A stretch of DNA of 63,346 bases, filler included, from Octopus bimaculoides (Eukaryota), in assembly GCF_001194135.2 (NCBI RefSeq). It is 5 parts of 4 records of this genome, joined end to end, with 100 filler letters (N's around TTAATTAATTAA, not from the genome) between each part and the next. Parts side by side here need not be neighbours in the genome. Positions count along the whole stretch, not along the records: positions 38,523 to 54,509 come from NC_068981.1; 4 more parts are not named here. One strand, 5' to 3'. Position 1 is the first letter of the stretch; the number at the start of each line of letters is the position of its first letter. Positions 38,523 through 53,518 of this stretch are shown piece after piece. A program made the position numbers and the translations under genes. The notes under the pieces were generated by a model, which searched no databases, had not been told where the DNA came from, and saw only the letters and a program-made list of their open reading frames with translations.

Positions 38523-38767
38523 CTGGGGAGAATCATTTTCTTATTGTGCCTTAAAATTTAACTCACTCACCTTAAAATTTCCACCTATTTCTTATTTTTA
38601 ATTTCCTAAAATTTTCGTTGCGTCTTGCAACCTTTTCAATAGTCTTGACTCTTGAAAAGGTTGCAAGACGCAACGAAAATTTTAGGAAAATAAAAATAAG
38701 AAATGAGTGGAAATTTTAACGGTGAGTGTTAAATTTTAAGGCACAATAAGAAAATGACTCTCCCCAG
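38523..38767. mobile_element. Palindromic foldback MITE
   Basis: Arms of roughly 115 bp (CTGGGGAGAATCATTTTCTT... / ...AAGAAAATGACTCTCCCCAG) around a short loop near 38640-38652. The left flank is a gap, so a TSD cannot be checked. Confidence 0.7.
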
Positions 38768-38977
38768 ACACAACAGAATATGCTTCAACACACGAAATCA
38801 CTTAAAAAATCTTGCAAACCAAATCCACAAACGAAATATTGATATTTCTATTTTATGTGTATTTCCCTTATATGCTGTTGCATGTGTATTATTTTGGAAA
38901 GCATTTTTCCATTGTACTAAGTATTCTGGGTGTATTTGTTAATTCCCACAGGATATATTGAAAGATATATATCTATA

Positions 38978-39054
<77 letters not shown>

Positions 39055-40796
39055 ATACGTGTGAGTGTGTGTGTTTTAATTGTTTGTATTCATTGAGCCC
39101 TATTGTATGCTATGCTACGATGGGGAAATGTTAAGGGTAATCCATTGAGTTCATATATGTCATATTGCCACATAATGTCACACACAAACGCTGACGTGTG
39201 TATATATACTTGCTTATACATCTATTTGTTTATCTGTTGATCATTCTATTTTTCTTCTCTATCACTTTTTCATTTCTTTTCTTTTCAAATGTTTTGTCTT
39301 ATAAACAAAGACAAATGAATCATGCCTCTACCTTCTGCTTTTGTTTTGTGTTTCCGTTTCAAAAATTATGCAAATATACATAACGCATACGCACACACGC
39401 ACACACAAATACACAAACACACACATATTCGATAATTAACTTTAAAGCTACTGGCACTTTCATGCGTGAGGCGTTCGTGTGATTGCATGAGTGTACATAT
39501 GTATACATATACTTGTGTGTTTGTGCTTCCTGTCTCATATACAAAATCTCTGTCGAGATCAGCAGCCATCCTTCAGTTTCGATATAATTAAATAGCAGAA
39601 GCATACAGACATGACCGAGTAGTTAAAACGATTGCTTCGCCATCAAAAGGTTCCGGTTCCAATCCCACATTCTGTCATCTTGGTTGGACATCTGTTATTT
39701 TTGTTTTAAAAATAGTCTTGGTTCAACTGAAGTCTTGTCGGTGATATTGAGTCGGCAGAAAACGCATGGAATGATATAGTTGCATGGGATGTACAGTAAG
39801 TGAAATGTCCAGCCTGTCACATATTCTGTCATGCTGATTCAACCCAAGAATTCCGTTAAAGGTTCAAACTTCTACTAATTGAATTATAATGTAAGTTATT
39901 GAGCATTTCACCGACACATGCCCCGTCAAATTACTGAATAACATATATAAACGTTACAAGAAAGATGTGTGATCGAAACTGTGACGACGTTAGTTGCTAT
40001 CAAAAGTACCACGTGCCTGTTACTCAGCTAGTTTACTCTTAATTTGGTAATTTTAAAACTTGCTGAGATAATTCTCTCACATCAAATATGACTGACATGT
40101 ATTTCAAAATCAGAAGAATCTTCATTGATTCTGTGACTTAGTTCCAACGGAGTACGTACCTTTTACGAATAGTAAAAGTTATTTTACATTTACGTTTGTG
40201 AAGACTAGCAAATCTCGTTGAAAATCGATCAGAAAAAATATATATAGCGTCTGGATCGTTGCGAAAAAGTTGTAAAGATTACAAAACAAAGCAGCAATCT
40301 TTTCAAGGAATGACATGAAAACTGTGTAAGCGTACTTTGACTTAACTATATTCAGTATAACCTCCTTTATTTATGATCCAATCGGTTATCCGAACAAAAT
40401 ACTCTGCGCTTGTTATGCTCGAATGCTGAAAACTAATCGTACGAAGTATCTGCTATCATGGTCATTCAGATCGGAAATGATAGTGGGTGAAGCTCCAACA
40501 GTTTTGGCTTAAAAGAACCCAGCGGGATGCCAACGCAAAAAAATCGTAATAGTACTTGTTGATTTTCCCATGCAAGTCGACGGAGTCCCCGATCTTGAAA
40601 CTCTCTTTTGTATACCCGACAGTTATTCATCTTAAACACCAATATAGTTACCCGTCTCGATGTTGGCTCGTAGAGCCACAAATTCGTAAGGGAAATATTT
40701 TAATCAATGGAATTTATTTCCATATGTGATTGCTTACTATATTTCAGCGACCATAGTTTAAATTTGTCGAAGGCCGGAAATAAATACACGAAAAGG

Positions 40797-40870
<74 letters not shown>

Positions 40871-41382
40871 AATTAAAAAAAACAGTGCCATTTGTTATCT
40901 AGTGAACNNNNNNNNNNNNNNNNNNNNNNNNNNNNNNNNNNNNNNNNNNNNNNNNNNNNNNNNNNNNNNNNNNNNNNNNNNNNNNNNNNNNNNNNNNNNN
41001 NNNNNNNNNNNNNNNNNNNNNNNNNNNNNNNNNNNNNNNNNNNNNNNNNNNNNNNNNNNNNNNNNNNNNNNNNNNNNNNNNNNNNNNNNNNNNNNNNNNN
41101 NNNNNNNNNNNNNNNNNNNNNNNNNNNNNNNNNNNNNNNNNNNNNNNNNNNNNNNNNNNNNNNNNNNNNNNNNNNNNNNNNNNNNNNNNNNNNNNNNNNN
41201 NNNNNNNNNNNNNNNNNNNNNNNNNNNNNNNNNNNNNNNNNNNNNNNNNNNNNNNNNNNNNNNNNNNNNNNNNNNNNNNNNNNNNNNNNNNNNNNNNNNN
41301 NNNNNNNNNNNNNNNNNNNNNNNNNNNNNNNNNNNNNNNNNNNNNNNNNNNNNNNNNNNNNNNNNNNNNNNNNNNNNNNNNN

Positions 41383-41436
<54 letters not shown>

Positions 41437-41464
41437 CAACATCATCATCATTATTATTATTATT

Positions 41465-41950
41465 GAGTGAGAGAGCAGTGCATGCCATCAAAGTGACACT
41501 GGGGTAAAATATACGAAGCCCAATATACCCATCATGACTACCCGTCTGATAAGGGTACACCAGGCACATGCATCACAACCATATGTGCGCGACATGGTGA
41601 TCTCATATCAAAATAAACAGCGCATGACCTCGCAGATGGGGCCTAGTTAGAATTTTCTTCAGGTCGAGTAGTTCAACCCGCTCAAAAAGTCCCTGAATAA
41701 GGGATTTTAAGGATGTTGAACGAAACACCCATGTCTCCAGCGGTGAATTATCCAAGCCCCAAATAATTCCTCTCAACACATGGCTATGATGCTCCCCTAC
41801 TACATCTGCTGGTGATCAGGGATGCACATATCGTCAGCCATTAAGGGACATGCTCAACTGGTGAAGGTGAAGCAACTGACAAGCAAATCTCTGGTATTGA
41901 GCAGAATATTCGTTGTAGCTCATCTTCTATACCGAGACAAAACAATGTTC
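41465..41950 (-). repeat. Probable non-autonomous retroelement with (AAT)n tail
   Basis: A GC-richer block of about 480 bp directly abuts a long (TTA)n array. It has no ORF and no internal second copy, so the repeat status is inferred. Confidence 0.45.
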
Positions 41951-43433
41951 TATTATTATATTTCATCTTCCATCGAGGTTGACTGTGCCTTTCATCTTTT
42001 CGAGATCGATGAAATTAGTACCAGTTGAGTACTCGGGGCGATGTAATCGATTGTCCCTCTGCCTCTAAAATTCCACTTTTTGTGCATATAGTAGAAAAGA
42101 TTATTATTATTTCTCGGCGCTTCAACATTTCTGTCAACTTATCTGAAATTGCTGGAAGGTAACATGCAAAGTAACATAGATTTCTTTAAAAAAAGAATAT
42201 CTAAAACTAAATGAAAGAAAACAACAAAACGACAACAATATCAGCAATAAAACAAACAAAATTTTGCGAAGTCTCACTAACCAAAATACATAAAATCAAA
42301 AGACCAAAAGCAGGTGGTGGTTTGAACAATTTCAATGGCGTTTTGTAACTAGAATTTTACCCCTTTCTTTCGTTCTTTCCATTTTCGGTTTGACACAACT
42401 AAATGTTGTTTTAATTGTATTCGACAAATGACATTGTCTGTAAGATGCTTTTTTTTTCTACATTTATTCTACTATTTTTTTTTTTATTGTTTATATGTTT
42501 CTCGTTTTCTTCTTCTGAGATCGGAAGTTGTTGTAAACTTTTCTCGAAAACGAAAACAACATTTCTGTCGTTTTGGAAAAGAAAATTGCATGGCATACAA
42601 AACAAATGTGTTCACACACACAGACACACACATACACACACACACACATATATATAAGCATATACAAGGCCTGTAGTGCTTTACTTTTCAAATATCCATT
42701 TATGTATTATGCACGTGTACATGTATGTATTTTGTCTATTTTCTCTGCTACCTTTTCTCTGTCTGTCTGTCTCTCTCTCTGTCTTTCAGTCTGTCTGTAT
42801 GACATGGATTCCTTATGTGTGGATATGTGTATATAAATATAATATTTCCATATATTTGTTAGTCTTAATACTTGATTTTCGCTATAGATATGTAAATCCT
42901 CAAGGTTCCCCCAACAAAACACTTATCAACGTGCTAATAGTTTCTTATAAATGGAAAGAAAGGAAATACAACTCTTTATTAAATTCAAGGAAAATGGGTA
43001 AGAGTTGTGATTTCCACTATATTTTAGCACTCAAACAGAATCCTTAGAGTTTAAGGTAGAGTTCTTAAAACTTATGGTTCAGATGCAAACTTTCATTCTT
43101 CTGGAGTTTATAATGTGCCAATCAATTGCAGAAGTTGGTCGATTTTAATCGAGTGATCTTCATTCGCAAAATTGCTGCTCTTGTGCCTGAATAAAAATTT
43201 ATTTTGGGCAATGGATCCTCCGAATCATTAAAACGTGGGAAAAACACCTTATAGTATCTCTTTTTCGGTTCTTTACGCTGTGAGTTCAAATTTCACGAAG
43301 GCCAACATTTTGCCTTTGTTTTATCCCGCCAGGATCGATAAAATAGGATATATATCAAGTATTCATTTTGATGTCGATGTAATCGACCAAACGTTTCCTC
43401 GCATAATTGCTGGCCTTCTATCTAATTTCGAAA

Positions 43434-43434
43434 A

Positions 43435-43483
<49 letters not shown>

Positions 43484-43530
43484 GCTACTACTACTACCAT
43501 CACCACCACCACCACCGCTACTACTACAAC

Positions 43531-43625
<95 letters not shown>

Positions 43626-43637
43626 AAAAAACCCACC

Positions 43638-43732
<95 letters not shown>

Positions 43733-43762
43733 CGCCACCACCACTGCTTCTTCTACTACTAC
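43434..43762. repeat. Compound (TAC)n/(CAC)n/(CTG)n microsatellite
   Basis: Direct sequence inspection. Confidence 0.95.
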
Positions 43763-44617
43763 TTGTATTAGTAGCAGATATAATTTCTTGCTCCTGACAT
43801 CGTAGTTATCTATCTAATCTTTCTACATTCATCACACTAAGTTCATTGATTTATACAAACACTCGTGTAGTATTCACAGCGCGCTAGTTTGTTTGTTTAC
43901 TTCGCTAGTACTTTATTTATTTATTCAATAATTATGGCAACGTCGTGGTAGAATTAGTTGGAACATCGGGGAAGAAAAATGCCTTGTATATATCTTCAGG
44001 TTTTTAGATATTGACTTCATTACCTATCGAGGTAAAGTTACCCTATCATCCTTGCAGAGGTCGATAAAATATGTACCTTGTACTACTTGTTTAGTACCGG
44101 AGGCTATTTCGTCGAGTAAACTCCTTCCCCTCAAAAATTGTTGATTTTGTTGTTTAAATTAGGAACTATTAATTATTTATGAATATTTTTAAGATTAATT
44201 AATTTCATATATTTTTGTCAGCATGTTTCTCTTCTGCGCTATTTCGACTGAGGCAAACAGCTATAAGGAACAAATTTACACTTTGTATTTCGTTTTATTA
44301 ATAATGCAAGAATATGTTCTACATAAAACCAGATAACAAATTTGGTGTTCACGTAATGTAACGAGTCATGAAATAAGAATTAACATCTTGTCATTAGTTT
44401 AATTTTCAATTCTGATTATAAAACGCAGGGATGTCTATTAGTACGTCATTGTCTGGCAAAACTGTTACAAATTATCCTTCGCTGATGAGATCTAATAAAA
44501 CCATAACATGTTCAAGAGTTATCCTTAAACTGCCAAATATTAAATTCACTCCTCTGTTTCGTTGCACATATTGAGTTTTTAATAAACTTAACTAAATCGA
44601 ACTTCCTATACTTCAGT

Positions 44618-44970
44618 TTTTATCTTTTATCTTTTACTTGTGTCAATCATTGGGCTGCAGCAATGCCGAGGCACATTCTTAAACAGTTTAGACGATTAAA
44701 TCGAACCTAGTACTTATTTTATAAGCCTGGTACTTATTCTAATGGTGTATTTCGCAGAATCGCTAAGTTACGAGAACGTAAACAAACCAACACCGGTTGT
44801 CTAGCAGTGGTGGGTTGGGCTTTTTTCAGTTTCCGCCTGCCAAATCCAGTCCCACAGCTTTGGCCGGCGCAATGTTATAACAGAAGACACTTACCCAAGG
44901 TGCTACGCAATGACACTGAACCGAGAACCATGTGGTTGGGAAACAAATTTCTTACCACACAGCCACGGGT
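44618..44970 (-). mobile_element. SINE family B copy (diverged)
   Basis: Same blocks as 13025-13400. Confidence 0.7.
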
Positions 44971-45212
44971 GTAGAATTTATCGTAATCATATTTGTACCT
45001 CCCAATAACGATTGTAATTTGATTAACTGAGAAAAGATTAACCCATTACGTTTGGTATGTTGAGTTAGCAGAAATCTGGACAATGGTTTTGAATAGTTTA
45101 CTCCCCAACTCAAAGTAGGCAGCTTACAAGAAGAGGGAAAAAAGAAATTTATTGTGAAGGAACTTATAAAGATTTGTATAACGTACTCAAACACACACAC
45201 AGAGAAGAGAGA

Positions 45213-45291
<79 letters not shown>

Positions 45292-45931
45292 ATCTAAAAA
45301 TATATGTAAAATGGAATAGATTCGGCGTCCTAAGGAGATACGAGTTCTGATGTTCCAGAGTGGAGCTTGCACTGGCGAGTAGGCAATTCTTGAATGTACA
45401 GAAAGGAAAGATAGAATGTTTACAAAGTATATAGAAAGTATGTGGAAGAATGTATTGAAATAGATTGTTTATAGCTAGTCGAAATACTGTATTGACAGGT
45501 TCTTCGCATTATCTATGTACCACTCTCTCTCTCTCCCACTTTTTCTCTTTATATATACATATGTATTTTCTGTGTGCGTGTGTGTCTATGGATCTATAAT
45601 AGAAGGAAGTTTATGAATCTCAGGAGGAAGATCTTAGTTTATCTCAGCAAGATATGTAAGCACAGATTGTACACAAAACGTAGTCGGTGCTATGACTCTA
45701 TGTCTATATGAATTAAGCAAACGCGAAAGAATAGCCCTTAAATATACCTGATATATGTGTGTGCTTGTGTGTAGTACAGATATGCATATACAACGCATTA
45801 TATGTATATATATNNNNNNNNNNNNNNNNNNNNNNNNNNNNNNNNNNNNNNNNNNNNNNNNNNNNNNNNNNNNNNNNNNNNNNNNNNNNNNNNNNNNNNN
45901 NNNNNNNNNNNNNNNNNNNNNNNNNNNNNNN

Positions 45932-45970
<39 letters not shown>

Positions 45971-47040
45971 ACGCGTGTAAACACAAACAACGTATGTAGT
46001 GAGAATGATAATGTATATATTCACGTGTATACACACACAGACACACACACATGCTGAATATGTTTATTATACATAAAAATATGACGGTGTTTGAACAACA
46101 TTAGTCATTTTTATTCATCCGTACATGTATGCTAGCGCGTTCATGCATTTTGCGTGTTAAAGACCGTCCACTGGGTTTTAATAAAGCTTTAATGGAATAT
46201 TGCACCGGTATTCACTGTTCCCCCGATTGAGGGAATGTGCTGAATAGAATAACCTATTTAAGGCAACTAAACATGTTCTTGCGTACTAAGAATTTTTCTT
46301 CATTGCCCATACCCCTATAATATTCAGATAATTTTGAGTATGGTATGTTATATATTATATAGATATACGAATTATATATACAGGGGTGTGCAAATATGTA
46401 TGCATGTTTGTATGTATGCTGGTATGTATATGTGGATGTGCTTTATTATTCACTGTTACTTCCTTACCAAAACGAAAGAGCCAGTTTCTAAACGAGAAGC
46501 AAAGCTCGTTCATCAGAGTTCAAACAGGCAGTCGTGTATGTGTGTATTAAACGTTTATGTATTTCGTATTTAAAATTTAGCCTCGCATTTGGAAACGATG
46601 AATTATCTTCTCCCCAAATCAAACAGCAGAATTAATGTCAATACAAGATCAACTGAAAGTTGAACGAGCCAAATTATTCAGATGCGGTTTCTCTCTAAAA
46701 TCTTGGCCGAATGATGACAAATGATGTTAGTCTTCAACCAAAATCATTAGATGACGTCAAATATAAATAATTTAAATATTTGAAAGCAAAGAAGGCATTA
46801 TGTAGACTTTCAATTTATGCATAGATAGATAGGTTTGATAATTAAAAACATACATTACATACACACACACATCGATAGATAGAAAGATACATTAGTATTG
46901 ATCTTTTTTAATAGTAAATAATAAGAAAAGATAAATAACAAACAATAGAACGTGGATAAATTCCAATTGAAATTCAACGGCAGATGGACAGACTGATAGA
47001 ATATTATAGATCTATCTAAATAGATAGTTGTGGATACGTG

Positions 47041-47088
<48 letters not shown>

Positions 47089-47874
47089 TAATATGAAGAT
47101 AGAGAGAAAGAGACAGAAAGGCAAACAGAGACAGAGAATAAGTAGTGAGATAACAACTTTATTCGGTGGCCAATGAAGGAAGAAAGACCGAAACGTGGAA
47201 TAGGGGAATATGAGAAAGCACAATCTCCTTCTTCCCCGTTTCCCTCATGTTCTGAATATTAAGCTTTCCACATTTGTTTGATAATCAGCACAGATCGAAC
47301 TCTTGATAAACACATGCCGATATTCTGTCTTTGAAAGAGCTATAAAGGAGGAAAGGAACAAAGAAAAAGAAATCAGCAAAAAAATATCTAAAAAAAAGTA
47401 AATGAAAAAAATTGAAAAAAAAATGGCTGCTTTCTTCTTCCAAATCCGCTTGTAAACTACAAAGCCACAATTTTTTTATGGATCTTTCTATTGTATTTGG
47501 CCATGAGGGAATATTTGAGGGACGGGAATACCGTGTGGGAGAGTGTACGAGTGGTGATGAAGTGATGGGAAAGACAAAAATACAAAAATTATAAATAAAT
47601 ACATAGAAAGAAAAACCTAAAAATCAGTCGATCTTCAGTAAATACAATATGGCGGCCAGATTTAGTTCGTTGTTGTTGTTTTTTAGTTAACAAAGTTGTA
47701 ACAGTGGTTAGATAGAAATCTATTTCGAGTGTAGAATAAATAATCTCGGCCCCAGAAAACCGTGATTAACTCAAGACATGGGGTTAAATAAAGAAGAAAT
47801 ACGATTTCAATATATAGTCTGGTGAATTCTGTTCACTATTCAAAATGTGCTTTTCCTTTAGATATTTCTCTCCT

Positions 47875-47925
<51 letters not shown>

Positions 47926-47930
47926 ATCCA

Positions 47931-47939
<9 letters not shown>

Positions 47940-47962
<23 letters not shown>

Positions 47963-48160
47963 TGTTAAACTTTTTATCTGCCTATCACTCAAATCCCTCA
48001 CATTTTGCATTTGGCTCCACACTATCTCTCCCTCTCTCCCTCTCTCTCTATCTATCTATTTATCTATATCTCTCTCTCTCTGTTAAACTTTTTATCTGCC
48101 TATCACTCAAATCCCTCACATTTTGCATTTGGCTCCATACTATCTCTCTCTCTCTCTCCC
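47940..48160. repeat. Local tandem duplication (about 118-bp period) within (CT)n
   Basis: TGTTAAACTTTTTATCTGCCTATCACTCAAATCCCTCACATTTTGCATTTGGCTCCA occurs twice. Confidence 0.85.
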
Positions 48161-48654
48161 TCTCTCCCTCTCTCTCTCTTTCTCTCTTTCTCTTTCTCTC
48201 CCTCTCTTTCTTAATGATCTTCTCTTTATCTTTCCGCTGCTGTTCTCAAACATTTCATCTCTATCATTCTAATCCATTCGCATCATTCTTTATTCTTCTT
48301 TATCCCCCACCACCACCCTTTCTCAGCAATATTTTTTATCTCTCTATCATTGTAAACTTCACTCTCTTTCTCCTCTCTCTCGCTCTCTATCTTTACATCT
48401 CTCTGTTAATCTCTCTCTCCCCCTCTCTCTCTCTCCCACTCTCTCTCTTTCTTTCTCTCCCTTCATTTTATCGCTTTGTCCCTCAAATCCTCTATCGATC
48501 TTTCTTTGCATCATCTCTCTCTCTCTCTCTCTCCATCTCCCTTTCATGAATGTTTTATCTCTCTATCATTGTAATCCTGCATCCAATATTTTCCCTTTAT
48601 CACTTTCTGTATGTCCCTCCCACTCTGTCTGTCTGTCTGTCTGACTGCCTCTCA

Positions 48655-48687
<33 letters not shown>

Positions 48688-49469
48688 TTTCTCATGCGCA
48701 CGCACCCTCACACGTTCTCATTTTCTTAAACTCCTTACTTCTCAATCACTTTAATATTTCTCTAACTTCACTTTTACTACCACCATTCAATCCATTGTAT
48801 GTACAAATATATTTGTTCTTTCTATATCAGGATACTTAACTTATTATTTCGATTTAAAATTTGTTTAAACATTCACTAAATATGTATCTCTCTCTCACTC
48901 TCTCTCTCACTCTCTCTCTCACTCTCTCTCTATCTGCCTATCTATCTATATCTTAAACATAGGCACACAAATATATTTAGAGCGATGCACACACACACAC
49001 TCACCATATTCTATGTACATATATACACATGTATATATATATATTTGTATGCGCTTTTGTATGCAAACTATTAAAATAAGTTGCACACAAATAAACTTAA
49101 AGATTACAGTCTGCGCCCGAGTCTCACTAGACATGCATATGTCCATATATTTATGTGTATGTGCAGTTATGCATTATGTATATCCGATGAAGGGATATAA
49201 TAAATATCCTTGAAACAGCTGTAAGACATTTTATTTATAAATGTTCTATATTATACACAGCCTTGGTCTTTTATCTCATTACGAAAAGTAAATCCTTATC
49301 TATATATATATATATATATAATTTTACTTTCTTCTATTAGTTTTACTAATAGCACTACTACCATGTTGGAGCACAACTTTCATACGCATAAGTTAATCGT
49401 AATAAACCTTGTCAATATTTTAGTTCAATTTAGCGGATAGTTAAGACACACCCGATAAAAATATACATG

Positions 49470-49502
<33 letters not shown>

Positions 49503-49780
49503 GTGTGTGTGTGTGTATGTGTGCGTTTATATATATATAAATTTATGATGAGATTCCACATACTTTCAAGCATAATGTATCCGTTAGTCCCAGGGTAGAT
49601 CAGAAATCATTTGGATATGTTGCCGCGAGGAAGGACCGAAGTTAATACCATCTAGTTATGAAGTTACGTTTTTATATATATGCTGTTATAGATGCACGCA
49701 AATTATGAACATCTCTGAACTTCTGCTTCATAAATTTATCGCATTTATACACCCACTTACAAATATGTAGATGTACCCTC

Positions 49781-49815
<35 letters not shown>

Positions 49816-50914
49816 GTGAATACATTTAGATACATGCCTATATTGGACGAACATTCGTGTGTTCGTATCCGGTCTCTCTCTCNNNNNNNNNNNNNNNNNN
49901 NNNNNNNNNNNNNNNNNNNNNNNNNNNNNNNNNNNNNNNNNNNNNNNNNNNNNNNNNNNNNNNNNNNNNNNNNNNNNNNNNNNNNNNNNNNNNNNNNNNN
50001 NNNNNNNNNNNNNNNNNNNNNNNNNNNNNNNNNNNNNNNNNNNNNNNNNNNNNNNNNNNNNNNNNNNNNNNNNNNTATATATATATATATATATATATAT
50101 TGTATATGCATTTATGTATATATGTATACATATACAGATATACATGTTCGGATTTACGCACATATCTACCTTCAGATTTACAATGCATAAAACAAGCAGC
50201 TAACAAATAAAATATAAAACGATATAAAAAAATTACAGAAGACAAATGTAATAAATCCAAGACAAGCAACACAAAAATCACACATATACGTTAATAAGTC
50301 CTACGTATATAAACACAATACTATACAGTATGTACCTTAGAACAAGCTATACGCATCTATACAGTTTTACTTTAAGAGTCTTACAGACATACATGCACAC
50401 ACGCACACACACATAAACTCACATATACACACAACGCATATATCTTTATTTTCTTTTTTCACACCATATTGTTCATCTCCTCCCTGAGTGGGATTATTTA
50501 AAAACTAAACGTTTACCCCGAGTCTCTGGTTGTCCATGTTTACATTTCTACGTCCTACTTGTGTATAAGATGCCTCTTCACACTGTATAAGCGTATTTCG
50601 CCAAGTTCGCTGTAGTTGTTGAAATATACTGCTTTTTCTTGTCAAACCTACACCATTCAAAAAAACGTATGTATGCGCATGTGTATGTGTGTGTATGTGT
50701 TTTCTTTTTCTTTTTCGTTTACAGTCTTTATCTAATATTTTTCTCTCCCTTTCAGCTCTCTCACTCTCTCTCTTTCTCACTTCCTCTCGTTCTGTACAAA
50801 TCTTTCAAACAGAACTTCTGTCTTTCACCCTTATCTCTCCCTCACTGTCTCTCCAAATCTTTCTACTATTTTTAAATATCCATAGCTATTCAATCTAGCT
50901 ATTATTTCCTACTG

Positions 50915-50964
<50 letters not shown>

Positions 50965-51339
50965 GCTCCCTCTCTCTTTATGTGTCTCTCTCTCGCGCTC
51001 TCTCTTTCCCTCCCTCTTTCCATTTCACACTCACATATACCTATAGATCTCTCTTTTGTTTTATTCTTTACATTTACCTTTAGTATATCTGTTTATGCCT
51101 GCCTCGCTTTCTTCTCTCACCTAGTTCGCGCGCGCGTGTATGTGCTTTCGTGTGTTACGCTTCTGTGCGTGTGTATCTGTTAACATACACAGATATGTAC
51201 AACTTTCCTCCTATCTTTCTTCTTTCCGTCTCTCTCTCATACATACTGACGGTAATGCGAGGGAAAAAGAAAAAAATTTAATTCCTATTCGGCATGGTCG
51301 CAAAATCGACTCGATGTTACGGTTATATGCCCCTTAAAT

Positions 51340-52066
51340 CAGTGCTTCTCAAACTATCTGATGTGGCGTATCGGCAATGTGCCAGGGACCGGTAATATTT
51401 CTTAGTAATATTAATATATATTAATATATAAGATAAAAAAAAAACTGCCAACTTTTTATAATATACATATAAAAAGTTGGCAATTTTTTTTTTTATCTTA
51501 TATTTATTTTGTAAACAAGTATAGGCGCAGGAGTGACTGTGTGGTAAGTAACTTGCTTACCAACTACATGGTTCCGGGTTCAGTCCCACTGCGTGGCATC
51601 TTGGGCAAATGTCTTCTACAATGACCTCGGGCCGACCAAAGCCTTGTGAGTGGAAACTGAAAGAAGACTGTCGTATATATGTATATACATATGTATGTGT
51701 GTGTGTATGTTTGTGTGTCTGTGTTTGTCCTCCCAACATCGCTCGACAACACATGGTGGTGTGTTTACGTCCCCGTAAACTAGCGGTTCGGCAAAAGAGA
51801 CTGATAGAATAAGTACTAGACTTACAAAGAATAAGTCCTGGGGTCGATTTGCTCGACTAAAGGCGGTGCTCCAGCATGGCCGCAGTCAAATGACTGAAAC
51901 AAGTAAAAGAGTAAAAGAGTAAAAGAGTAAATGATACAATATTACATAAGCATTTTACAAGCATTTTATAATGTTTCGTTCTTTTCCGGAAACTCGCCGC
52001 GAACCGGCAACTGATGGCTTGCGAACCGACACCGATCCACACGGACCACCGCTTTGAGTAGCCTTG
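51340..52066. mobile_element. hAT-like MITE containing a nested SINE
   Basis: Imperfect TIRs CAGTGCTTCTCAAAC / CAAGGCTACTCAAAG(rc). 8-bp TSD CCTTAAAT (51332-51339) / CATTAAAT (52067-52074). Confidence 0.7.
51524..51930 (+). mobile_element. tRNA-derived SINE family B (CORE-like), full copy
   Basis: Head GGCGCAGGAGTGACTGTGTGGTAAG..GGGTTCAGTCCC, CORE-like CTTGGGCAA, internal (TA)/(TG)n, (GTAAAAGA)n tail. Confidence 0.8.
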
Positions 52067-53192
52067 CATTAAATCACGCTCCGTGGTCCTAAGTTAGAAA
52101 ACACGCTGAATAATGCCGTTTCTAGATAAACAAGCAAAAGTGGATTGTCACGGCTGGAGCCCTTTTCATTATACGAAACATAAGATCAGGACTGAACTGT
52201 CGTAAAGTAACGCGACGCTATCGTTGTAGCTGTCATTACCTTTGTTGGTGGTGTTCTTGTATTTACTATCGTTGTCATTATCCTCATAATATCTTTGCTG
52301 ATATTGCTGTTATAGTCATCGTTATCAGTTTTGCTACCGTGGCTATACTCCTCACCTTAGCTGCTGCTGCTGCTACTGTCGTTTTTATCGTCGTCATCAT
52401 CATCAGCGCGGTTTCATCACCGTTATAATAATCGCTTTGTTCATTGTTATTGTTGTGTTATCATTGTAGTTTTCATCGTTATCCACAATATCATTATTGT
52501 GATCATCATCGTTATATCGTCAATGCTGCTATCGTCACTATCGTTATCATATATTGTCTTTGCCATAGTCGCTATTATTGCTTTTATCATCGTCCTCGAT
52601 CTAGTCCTTGTCAATCAGTTGAAACTTTTTCATTTTTAAGTCGCGCAACATCTTTTCTTACCGTACAATAGTCATCTGATTTTTAATATACCTTAATGTA
52701 AATTATATATGCCATCGCTTTTACAAACACCACCAATGACACGAAAACTGCCGCAACCACATTTAAGAATCCTTTGTACGATAGGGACAACGCCTGAAAT
52801 TTTGCGGGAGAGCGCTATCGATTACAGCAAATGCTTTGCTTATCCGGTACTTATTTTATCGACCTCAGAAGGATTATGCAGTACTTATTTTATCGATCTC
52901 AAAAGACGACTTCGGCAGAATTTGAACTCAGAATGTAAAGACAGACGAAATGACTCTAAGAATTCTGACCAGCAACTATATTTAATGATGATGATAATGA
53001 TGATGTTGGTGATGATGATGATGATGATTATGATGATGATGATGATTTCTGCTACTGGCAACAAGGGCCCAAGATATTCACGACAAAGTAAAAAGCGAAA
53101 AACGCTTTGTTACGAATTTTTTTTTTACTAGCCACAAGGACTCAAGACATTCAAGACAACACAAAAAAAAACGAAATACGACTCACTTGTTA

Positions 53193-53412
53193 GGCGCTAG
53201 TTGGCAGAATCGGTACCGCGCCCGACGAAATACTTAGCGGCATTTCATTTGGTTTGAGTTCAATTTCTGCCGAAGTCGACTTCGTCTTTCATCCTTTCGA
53301 GATCGATAAGATAAGTACCAGCTGAGCACCGAGATCGATGTAATCAAATCATCCACACTCTCCAAAGAAAAATTGCCGGCCTTGTGCCAAAGTTTTAAGC
53401 TACTACTACTAC

Positions 53413-53504
<92 letters not shown>

Positions 53505-53505
53505 T
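53193..53505 (+). mobile_element. SINE family A copy with a long TAC/TTA/TAG tail
   Basis: Homologous to 53519-53740. Confidence 0.75.
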
Positions 53506-53518
53506 TTGTATTATCAAA

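Noticed and set aside
43235-43805. Long homopolymeric ORFs (poly-T/V/L/Y, also poly-K/E/F, HT, CV, IY, ER elsewhere)
   Set aside because: These are translations of microsatellites or N gaps with no domain content.
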